The notes below the pieces were generated by a model. That model was not told the origin of the DNA. It did no database searches and was given only the letters and a program-made list of their open reading frames with translations. Both the position numbers and the translations under genes were made by a program. Of a stretch of DNA of 64,000 bases, positions 13,601-23,800 are shown in pieces. Position 1 is the first letter of the stretch. Each line of letters starts with the position of its first letter. The stretch is from NCBI RefSeq assembly GCF_001194135.2, contig NC_068990.1, forward strand, positions 92,800,262 to 92,864,261, in the 5' to 3' direction. Source of the stretch: Octopus bimaculoides (lineage: Eukaryota).

Positions 13601-16600
13601 ACCTTCATCTTCCCAGGCGAGCTGAATACAAATTTGTGTTTTCACGTAAATGTACAAGATATTGATTCCTGGGTATTGGTTTCTTGTCTCAAAGCTGTAT
13701 TTGTGTTCCAGTTAGTGTCTGTAACTTAGAAGCTGCACAACTAATAATCAGAAAAAGCATTCTGAGATATACCACCTTCATCTCCATTAGTGTAATGAAG
13801 GTGATGTTGCAATGTTGATGTGCATACTTCATCACTCATCCAGGCCAAGATTTCTTAAGGAAAAAGTTGAAGAAAATACTAAATAGGCTTTGCTTCTAAA
13901 GTTCAACAGTTTTATAGGGTCCACAGCACTAATGTAAACATTGATGCAATGATTAACTACATAATTCCACTCCTGCTTAGAATCGATAGATTGTTGATGC
14001 ATGCAGAGAATTCTGAAACATTCAATCATTTTCTCCAAGTCCATGCTCTCTTTCTCTTATAAAATCATTAACAACGAAATTAATGAATAATGATATCACC
14101 AAATTCTAACTGCTTGAGGAATTAACCCCCATGATTCTCTGAAAGTGAAAGAAAAAATTTCAAAGAAGTTCACTTCAATGTACAAGGTGCAAACAGCAAA
14201 TCTTTTAACAAGCACTTCCTTCTGTTCTGAGACTAAATTCTTCTCCTACAGAAGAATGCTTAGTTCCAGTTTTTGACTCCAAACAACAATGCTATTTGAA
14301 TTGTGTTTCTGTGCAGTTCTGGACCCTGGCAACAGTTGCATTGATTCACATTAGGAAACTTTAAAAGTTAGAGAATTAACAACAGTTGTGAACCAACTAG
14401 AAACTTAAATCCTTATGTTTCTTGTTTTCTATAAATTGATATTGAGTTAACAATACTTTTAGAACTGCCATTGTTTGACTACTTCAGTAGTTATCTAACC
14501 AAAGGCTATTTGCAGAACCCTTATCACTCACATGGAGATATCTACCATCTGTATGAAATATGGTCATGAAAGTGTCATTGTTCTTGGCATTATTATATCT
14601 ATTGGACTCTTTAAACCTTTGTTACTAGATTTCAACTATATCCTTCAATTGAATTTAAACTGGTTTTGTAAAACAACTATCTGAATTTTGTACAAAAATC
14701 CCTGTTTACAATGAATGAGATGGAATAAATTGCAATTATGAAGTTGCTTACATATATTGTGTTTGACTTACACATGCAGTGTTGCTAAAATCTGTAGAAT
14801 TATTCTATAATATAGTGTTAAAATGTAATATTTCTGAGAGGTAAAGATAGCACAAAACTTTGAAATTTGTTAGTATTTGAAATTTATGTATATAATCCTT
14901 ATTAGCCTCAAGAGACTGGATCTACACCCAAAACGTTTTTCTTTGGTCTGGTGGGCAAAGCAGCATCTACTGTAACTGTAGAGATACATTCCTTATGAGA
15001 CAAATTGACTCTCATAAGCAGAACTTGTTAGTTTATTTAAATAAGTCAAGAACAATGTAAATCTGATATTTAGAAGAAAATCATTTCCATTAAGATACTC
15101 AAAAATTCCTCTATTTCTTTTTATGGTAAGATGTAAAGAAATGCACTCTGCAGAAATATTTCAATAGAATGTCCATTTCGATCTTTCTTCTAAGGTTAGA
15201 ATTCTCAGTACAACCCCCATGTCTGTTAATCTTTTCTGTTTTATGTAGTTGGACTGGATTGAGTAAGGGGTAACTCTCTCTGACATTTGACTTTCCCACC
15301 CAAAGTTTTTTTATGTGTGTATCCTGCCTTTAATTCCATTGCTAAAACTTGCAGTTAGTCACATGACTTTTGAGCTCCTTTGTGGATTTAATCATTGAAT
15401 TGAAGTGATTTCCACCACCAATATATCTGTTATGTTTACAATGAGTATCCTGTCTCTAGTCACATGATGGAGGAAGAGAAAACCCCAAATTATATATGTC
15501 CCATGTTTGCAATCACTTGTATGTTTCAGTAACTTCTAATTCCTGTGTCAGTTTGACTGAAGTAGTGTTGCTGTCAAAATACAAAAGTTGGTCTGAATTA
15601 TTTGTATGGAATGGCTAAAACTTTGGGACCATGTTGACTTACATTATCTTTCTTGCCACTACAAACCGAGAACCCACAACAGTAACTTTTATCCAATTTT
15701 AAGATCTTATTCCATTTTGTGGGTTTGCCTTTTTTTATATTGTTGACAACCTCCTGAGATTACAATTTAATTTACATGTCCGGAAGTAGTCATTATTTAC
15801 TTTACCTATATTTATGGTATCCTGGGAAAGTAATCTTACAGTTTCACACACCTCGAAAATGTTCATGAATAAATTGGTTTCATTAAGAAAAAATGTAATT
15901 TTTTCACTATCGTATTTAGAACAGAAGGTCACAAATTTTGTTTTAGATAATAAATTTGATGCAATTTTTATCTTAAAAGCTATTGTAATTACAAATAAAT
16001 TCAGTGAAATGTAATTTTTTTTTTTTAACATTACCGTATGGGATATATTTAGCTGAGATAAATGCTATGCAAAGCTGATATGTAGATGGCAAAAATAACA
16101 AATGGCATTGAGACATGAAGGAGCCATTATTTATTTATATTCTGTGTAGTGACCCTTCTTTGTAGCTAGAGGAAACCCTTGAATTGGAATCTTCTAGTGT
16201 AAATTACCAACGAGTTTTAAGTCCCTTGGAAAATTTTTTGGAAGATAATTTAAAACTGGCCATTCTTTTCTCTTTGATGATCACTGTCAAAATTGTCCTC
16301 ACTATTGCAAATTGAAAGCTTGGATTCAAATACCTCCATTTTGTTGAGTCCTTTTTATAAAAGGTGGAACATAAAAAAAAAAAGGTTGGAAAATCAAAAA
16401 ACTTGGAAAGGCCATTCAAGTAGCAACAAAAGTTGGATGTACGACAAATGTTTAACCCAGTGAAATAAAGAGTAACGCGAGATGTCTATTGATTTAAATA
16501 TAAATAGGGAGGTAGTTTGCTAACAAGAGTCAGTCTCTTGAAGGTGAAGCTAATATCGTTCACAAATATTAATTACTGCTGCTGGATTACTTTTTGGTCA

Positions 16601-19041
16601 AAAAACCATTATCATAGTCCATTACTTTGAGAGACCAGCTAGAACTAGTGAACAATACACAGACATCATCATTTAACGCCCGTTTTCCATGCTGGCATGG
16701 GTTGGACGGTTCGACTGGGGCCTGGGAAGCCAGGAGGCTGCACCAGTCTGATCTGGCAATGTTTCTACAGCTGGATGCCCTTCCTAATGCCAACCACTCC
16801 GAGAGTGTAGTGGGTGCTTTTCACGTGCCAGAGGGGGCTGGCATCAACCACGTTTGGATGGTGCTTTGTACGTGCCACCCGCATGGGGACCACAACTACA
16901 ATTTCCATTTCATTTTGATGTTGATGTACTTGACTCAATAGGTCTCCTCAAGCACAGCAGGTTGCCCTACGATCCAAGGGACACTGTTTATGAAATTCTT
17001 TTCACTTTGCACTGGTAAACTTGATGCTTTAGTACAATATTCTTGGTCAAAGACATCACACTGTGAGATTGAACCCTTAACCATACTGCCATGTGCATGG
17101 CTTCAACCTTTTGAATTTCAACCAAAATTCTGAGTTGATGCAATTAGCACAAAGTAAATGCTGTTACGAATATATTACAATAATTTGAAGGTGACTTAGC
17201 ATTTACCATGATCCTATGGTGTTGATATATGTAAAATCTCAAAACCTTTAGATGTTTCTCATTGAATCTTGTATACAAAACCTTGTAATATGTATACATG
17301 CCTTTAACTTGGGTGTTTTGAAGTCTGGGAAATTGATAGTCAAATATAATTTTGCAAGGAAATTTTAAAATATATGATTCTGGCTTATGAAGTGATTGAA
17401 TTGTTCTGGTCAATTTGTGCTAAAATTAACATTGTCTGTAGAAGCATCAGCTGTATTGACCCGGCTGGAATATATGGGTAACAATCTGAGAGAGTAACAC
17501 TTCTATGTATTTGTGATTCAGATTTTATGATTGTGCCATCATCATCACCTAGCGTCTGCTTTCCATGCTGGCATGGGTTAGATAGTTTGACTGAAACTGG
17601 ATGCCAGAGAGCTGTACCAGGTGCCAGTTTGATTTAGCTTGGTTTCTGTGGCCGAATGCCTTTCCTAATGCCAACCACTACAAGAGTACAGTTGGTGCCT
17701 TTTACATGTTACTGGCACTGGCCACAACTATGATTTCACTTGCCTTGACGAGTCTTCTCAAACACAGCAAATTGCCAAAGGTCTTAATCACCTGTCATCA
17801 CTTCTGTGAGATCAGAATTTTCCATCTTCTCATTTGACGTCTGTCTTCCGTGCTGGCATGGGAAAGCGATAAAATAGTTCATGGGTTACAATTTTGAGAT
17901 ATTTTGAAATTGGCTGTCAGCATAAAATGATTTGTTTTAGGGTTGCAACATTTTGAGGTTTAACGGGTTACTCGTCAATTTAACAGATTTGTCAAAATGT
18001 GTTGTACAACAGACACTGGCCTCACGTTTAAATTGTTGACCTTTATTTTTCTTTCAAGGACGGAATCCAGCCAATGTGGGAAGATGAGCAGAACCAACGA
18101 GGTGGTAGATGGGTTATTAATCTTAACAGGCAACAGAGACCTTCAGAATTGGATCATTTATGGCAGGAAACGGTAAAAATTTTCATTTTCTTTTCTTTCC
18201 TAAATTGTTGATTTTCATATTTTTAATTGATTCACTAAATTGGTTTTGTGGTTGTATAACGAGGAGGGAGGGGAGAATATGAAATTTTTTTTTTTTTTTC
18301 ATCCCCCTGAAATAATTTGTATTTATTTCATTTATAAAGTTACTGTGTCTGATTGGTGAGGCTTTTGATGAAATGAGCTACATTGTATGTGGGGCTGTTG
18401 TTAGTGTCCGTGCCAAAGGTAACAAATTGGGGCTGTGGACAAGAGATGCAGGCAATGGTGATGCAAATATTAAAATTGGGTGAGTAGCATGAATATTTTT
18501 TTATTAACATAATCATTTCTGAATATCTTGTAAACGTTTGGAATGTTTAGTTTTTCTGCATATTTTGATAACCTCAAATGTTACCATTTCTAAACTAAAA
18601 TAACATAAGCTGCTTCAAATAATTCTAAATCCTCACATTAGTCAATGTTTGGCTTACTGATCAACTGCCAATTGCTGCTTGCCTTTAATCTCCACCATTT
18701 TGTGGTAGATCTGTTACTGATCTTTTAAATTTTTTTTTCTTAACAGACAGAAATTGAAAGAGAGACTTCATATACCACAAAAAATTTCTATAGGATACCA
18801 GGTAATTAAATAATTTGTTTTTAAATGAGTTCAATTAAAAAAATACTCCAAGTTATATTTTGCCCATGAAGATTTTAAATGTCTAGTGTATTCTAGTTAA
18901 TTTATCTTAATATTTGATGATTAATTACAAAAAAATTATTAGGTTTCACTGTTTATTTCTTTGTTCTTAAATGATTTGTAGGTGCATGAAGACACATCGA
19001 AAAAATCTGGATCTACAGCTCGTGACCGTTACACTTTATAG
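2006..19041 (+). CDS. EIF4E: Eukaryotic translation initiation factor 4E (class I), 219 aa, 7 coding exons
   Basis: join(2006..2035,6751..6947,7036..7099,18059..18172,18340..18479,18747..18801,18982..19041)=660 nt; all introns GT-AG and in phase. Motifs HPLQFKWALWFY, KNW, VEDFWS, PMWED, GGRW, VRAKGNKLGLWT, KSGST. All 8 conserved Trp are present, including W43 and W56 equivalents (class I). Confidence 0.97.
6751..6947 (+). CDS. EIF4E: eIF4E exon 2 (ENRQ..HPLQFKWALWFY..VEDFWS)
   Basis: acaatag| acceptor, TC|gtaagt donor. Confidence 0.96.
7036..7099 (+). CDS. EIF4E: eIF4E exon 3 (LYNHVQ..CDYSMFK)
   Basis: ttcag| acceptor, AAG|gtaagc donor. Confidence 0.96.
7265..7438 (-). mobile_element. Degenerate family H1 unit with a remnant of the inverted right arm
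   Basis: Same atatttgtcctcatc..ctgatata..tcaggtgtcttggggaaatttcgaacc text; ends tagaactg. Confidence 0.7.
7718..8496 (-). mobile_element. 5'-truncated RTE-clade LINE (RT C-terminus + 3' UTR)
   Basis: - strand decodes, with lesions, TKGLSLREKGRLYDSC..RRWYGRV..TVEGTCGRGRPRKTWDEVVKHDL..DLWRYVVLEKT, followed by the common ccaacccatgccagcatggaaagcggac tail. Confidence 0.85.
9078..9148. repeat. (CA)n microsatellite, about 35 units
   Basis: Seen directly; many other CA/TA/AAT/GAT microsatellites occur throughout. Confidence 0.95.
10397..10612 (-). mobile_element. RTE-type 3' tail copy
   Basis: Reverse complement of the same tail family. Confidence 0.75.
12821..13045 (-). mobile_element. RTE-type 3' tail copy
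   Basis: Same family. Confidence 0.72.
16664..16980 (-). mobile_element. RTE-type 3' tail copy
   Basis: Same family, longer UTR. Confidence 0.75.
17540..17800 (-). mobile_element. Diverged RTE-type 3' tail copy
   Basis: Same family, degenerate. Confidence 0.62.
18059..18172 (+). CDS. EIF4E: eIF4E exon 4 (DGIQPMWED..LWQET)
   Basis: ttcaag| acceptor, ACG|gtaaaa donor. Confidence 0.96.
18340..18479 (+). CDS. EIF4E: eIF4E exon 5 (LLCLIGE..GLWT..KIG)
   Basis: ataaag| acceptor, GG|gtgagt donor. Confidence 0.95.
18747..18801 (+). CDS. EIF4E: eIF4E exon 6 (QKLKERL..IGYQ)
   Basis: taacag| acceptor, CAG|gtaatt donor. Confidence 0.94.
18982..19041 (+). CDS. EIF4E: eIF4E exon 7 (VHEDTSKKSGSTARDRYTL*)
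   Basis: ttgtag| acceptor, TAG stop; S209-equivalent in KSGST. Confidence 0.95.
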   Translation: MHEDTSKKSGSTARDRYTL

Positions 19042-20120
19042 AAAACCATTGGTGTGTCACAAGTTCTGGTGGCCAGGATTGGGACACACACAGCCCTATA
19101 CACACACACACACATTCACACCAGTCTTGCAACACTGGTGTTGCTTGGTGTGAAATGAATTCTTTGACAAGAAAATGAAGGGAGTTTTCTTCCCTTTACC
19201 TGACCCCCACTCCCAATTAAAAAAATACAAAACAAAAAACACACTTTTTTTTTTAAGGAAAAGTTATTGGCTTTAAACTATGAAAGGTTTGATGAATGAA
19301 AGTTGATGTCAGATCTGATTTTGCAGTGTAAGAAAAGAAAGCTACTTGATTCAGCATACATACACTTCAACAACCTACAAGAAGTACTGTTAAACATTCG
19401 CCATTGTTGGCCTGAAAAGGATTTAATGCCTGCTTTCTTTGATAATAAATGGAAGCAAAAAAACTATTTTGTTGACTCTTATTCCATTTTTGATACAGCA
19501 TGCCCCTTTCTATAAAACAAATGTAATTTGATCCATGCATTGGCTTTCCTTTAGCAATTATCTGGAGAGATGATACAATGAAGGCTGCTGGTATCTTGTA
19601 TTTTTTTTTTTTTTTTTTTTTTTTGGTAATATTTTCAGTTAAAAAAGAAATGTCTGTAATTGGTCACAACTGACTTAGCCCATAATAAATAACGGAATAT
19701 AATGTGGGGGACATTTACTGTGTTCAGCTTTGATAAGTCTGATTAATATGGACTCAATTGAAACGGCTTGTTGATCACTTGCCAAATAGTTTACACAAGA
19801 ACAATGTCCTCAGGAGATCTGAGTAAATAATTACACTAGCATTGTTTCTTTTCCTCTTTGTGTGTGTTGGTCAGAGACGATTCCTTTTTCTCTTTATATT
19901 TTGAAATGGTCTGTTTGTAAAAGTATACACGAGGATCAGCACTGTTTACATGTGGTGAGGTGGCATTGTGATCTCTTTCTGAGGCATCATGGTCATAGAA
20001 AAGATACTTATGTCCATGCTGCAGCAGTCATTTATGAGATTATCTGGATTCTGATGTTCCCATGCCATATTTATCTAGTTGTTGGGACAATACATGAATA
20101 AAATACTTTATCTTTAACAT
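19042..20120 (+). other. EIF4E: Probable eIF4E 3' UTR with candidate poly(A) signals AATAAA at 19444, 19684 and 20097 (a further one at 20768)
   Basis: Repeat-free U-rich stretch after the stop; hexamers seen directly; which one is used is unknown. Confidence 0.55.
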
Positions 20121-20775
20121 TTTTTTCTCTCTTCTCTTTTTAAATATACAAGTATTGTATGGTTTGCTTGTAATTTCAAAATGACCTGTTCTATCCATTG
20201 CACTATTAAACCTCTCGCAATATTTCTAAATAATACAAGCGAAAAACAAGAGGGTTTTATCACAGACCAAGGGATTATTGTTTTTAAATGGCTTGTTATA
20301 CTCAGAAGTTACTATTTTATTATTTCATTAAGTTTTTAATCTTAATCTTTCAGTGTTTAAACTGGCTAGTATAGAGCTCATACTCAACCTGTTTTATGTT
20401 GGCCTCTGACACTTAGCATGCAATCTCTGAGATAAAAGATGATCAGCTTTGGGTGGCCTGTTATATACTGAAACCAGTTGAGTTGCACAGAAAAACTACA
20501 CTGATCACTATCTTACTTCCTTGTAACCATTGTTGCTGCTGCTAATGACCATCCAGTACAATCTGTTTCCTTGCCAACAAGTGCTATGGAGACAGTTCTA
20601 ACCTTGAACTGCCTTCATTATGTGAGTGTGTGTGTATATATAAATACAGAGATTAGGTAGTGCAGCTGAGCATGACTGATTAAGATGTGTGTGAGAATGT
20701 CCAGTCATGGAAGGGCATCCAGCTGTGAACACGATAAAGTGCAGTTAGAAAGAATTTGTTTTAAACAAATAAACC

Positions 20776-20781
20776 TTTATT
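20776..20781 (-). terminator. Likely HEATR1 poly(A) signal AATAAA
   Basis: About 27 nt past the stop codon; followed on - by a U-rich tract. Confidence 0.6.
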
Positions 20782-20808
20782 CTTATTTACAGTTTCCAAA
20801 TGAAACCC

Positions 20809-20897
20809 TCAGAAATATTTCTGTAAAGGTTCCCCAAGTGTTTTCTCCATTTCACACAGTACTTGTTGGCATTTCTTTTCTATTGTTTCACACTCGT
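20809..20897 (-). CDS. HEATR1: HEATR1 exon 44 (DECETIEKKCQ..LGEPLQKYF*)
   Basis: ttgtag| acceptor, TGA stop. Confidence 0.95.
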
Positions 20898-23800
20898 CTA
20901 CAACAAAAACAAAAATATTTTAGCTTTTGTCCTTGAGTAAAATCTGTAAAAAGAATTTCATGAGTTTAGTCAATTATTTTCAAAAAAAAAAAATTACCTT
21001 CCATTAGTTCTGCCAAGAATGGTACAGTCTCAGGCAGCAGATTTAGATAACTTTCTCCAAGCTTTTTATGTAATTCATTGATCATTGTTAAGCTGGCCAG
21101 CCGGACCTACAACAAAGAAGCAGTTGTAAGAGATAACACATTTATCCTCATCTTGTTTGTTAACACAACATGAGGACAAATGTCCATCAAATGTAAATAA
21201 TTCCTCATCTCTTAAATATAGAACTGTAGTAAGCACAGATACAGTGTTTAATGAAGGACAGATTGTCTTGTCAGCTAACAAGTAATGTGGGTATTCCATG
21301 TAAAAGTGTTTCTGAAAGTCATGGGCACGGCAAGAATAATCTCTCTCTCTCTCTCATTATAAAATACTATTGTAACAAACAATTTTCACTGATTAGCAAC
21401 TAAAGCCTTCATTCAATAATAATAATAAAATTTTTTTTAAAAAATAAATCGTAAGATTGACAGGGCAGGGAATTTGTACGTAAAATACCTTTACAAAGGT
21501 ATTAATTTTGCAGAGAATGATATAATGTTAAGGTACCGGAAATGGGAAGATGTGAATCCTCTCAACATGGTGGCTGGTGTTAGAAAACACCTGGTATAAA
21601 TATTCTCCTCCCACCACCATTTCTAGATCATGAGTAGAGGGAGGGGGATTTTTTTCTCTTCCTCTTGTCTTGCAAGTTAGTTGATGATCTCATTAGTGCC
21701 AGTGACACAAAAGGACCCATTACAAAGCTGCTGAATTAGAGCTCAACGTGACTCAGATCCTGTCAAAACTGTCCAACCCATGACAGCAGGTTAAATGATG
21801 AAGAGAAAAGTTCTTACGTTTACTGCAGAGTGTTTAGTCTTGAGTAAAACTTGGTAGTTGAGAGACTTCCACAACGTGTCGTCATGGGTAGCCACAGCGA
21901 GCTGGCTTAAACACGGTATTAAGTGGTCATTCACACGTTTGTTGTATCTCTTGTCATACATGTTGCTGATCTGGAAAATAGAAAACATCATTGTTTATAC
22001 TTAAATGCAAACCAAATTTTGATTCGTGCATGCATGTGTCTCTTTACATTTTCACTTCTCCAAGCAATGGATGTCATTGACCCCGAGCTTTGCATACAAG
22101 ATTTTCTTAAAATTTTATCTGCAATAAACCGTTTTATACTCCTATAATATACATATTTTGACAGTTCCCAATAATTCTAAGATTTTTTTAAACATAGAAT
22201 GGTTACGAGGGTCCACTTGAGTAAAATAACAATCAAACGGGCCCTAGGCCAGACAGAATGTCATACACACCAGGGTCTCAATTTAATACGGTTTCATGTG
22301 TTTATATTAATTTATACAACAGGGCAGAATCATTAGAATGCTGGGTGAAATGCTTAGCAATGTTTCTGCTGGAGTTGACTTCATCCTTTCAAGGTCTATT
22401 AAATAAGTACCAGTTACGCACTGGGGGTCAATGTAATTGACATAGACCCTTTGTCTACCCTTGTTTGTCCCTTCTGTGGGCAATAAAGAAATATAATATA
22501 TATATATTAGTTTATACAATAGATATTTTAAAAGCCTTAAGATGAAACATAAAAAACTAAAAAAGAACATCTCCAGTTTCACTGACTACATATGTAGTAT
22601 ATCTAGTTGATAACTGTAGTTGATTGATAGTGAAAACCTTACCTGGTCAACAAGAGGAGTCATCAACAGGTCGAAACTTTCTTTATTTACAAAGCCATCA
22701 GTGTCATAAAGGAAGCATTTGTGTGCACAGTCTATGACGTAGATGAGCAAGGTGGACATGTGTTTCTTCCATTGTAGGTCTAAAGAGAAAACGGCAAAGA
22801 GATGGGAAACGTGGTTAAGGCAGCAACGGTCGTCTTATTAACGTCAGGTCAGGGGAGGGAGTAATTGATCTACTTTCAATTCATCATCATCATCGTCTAA
22901 CATGGGTTGGACGATTTGACTGAGGACTGGTGAAACCGGATGGCAACACCAGGCTCCAGTCTAATTTGGCAGAGTTTCTACAGCTGGATGCCCTTCCTAA
23001 CGCCAACCACTCAGAGTGTAGTGGGTGCTTTTACGTGTCACCTGCATGAAAACGGCCACGCTCGAAATGGTGTCTTTTATGTGCCACCCACACAAGCCAG
23101 TCCAGGGGCACTGGCAGAATAAAAATGTTATGTGTCAGCCAAATAAACTGACGCAAACTGACTTTGTCAAGAATTATATACTAGTAAAGTTTGAACTGAA
23201 GACCATGTAGTCACTAGTCCAGCATGTGGTCAGTAGAAAGAAAAGTCCCTTAAACCCTTTTTTGACCATATTTCTGCTGAAATGCACTGCTTTTGTTTTG
23301 ATTAAATTTGAAAATAATGAAGAATTTCATAAAATAACTTTGTCATTATTAAGCCAATGTTTGGAACATAAATTAACAAGTTATTTTAAGGGAAACTTCT
23401 AATTTCAGTTAATTATAAAACATGCCTCCGTGGAGAACATTTAGCTTTTTGATTGTTAATGCAGATCTGTTCTATTAGGGCTGATTTGGAATTTATAAAA
23501 CAAAACAAAAAGAAACTGCTCCAGTTGGCCTGAATGACAAAGCTAGTACCAACTACTTTTTCAGAATTGTATGGTGAACCGAGGTAAGCATTAGCACTCA
23601 GCTGTAAAAACCACTGCTCACAGTAATAAACTGGCGTGGAAATGGTTAGAAAGAACAGAAATGAAGAAAGGAAATAAAACCAACCTGGATTTTTGTCTTT
23701 GTTATATTGGTCCAATACTTCAGCCATATGTTTGACAATGTGGCCAGCAAAAATGAGGAAGAGACTTCGAAGACTGACAGCAAGGCTAAAGAAAGTGAAA

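Noticed and set aside
14903-14940. Third hammerhead-like word pair (ctcaagag..aaaacgtt)
   Set aside because: Core mismatched at both halves and no stem II.
20898-20946. Alternative acceptor tttacag for the last HEATR1 exon
   Set aside because: It adds 46 nt and shifts the frame, losing the conserved C-terminus.
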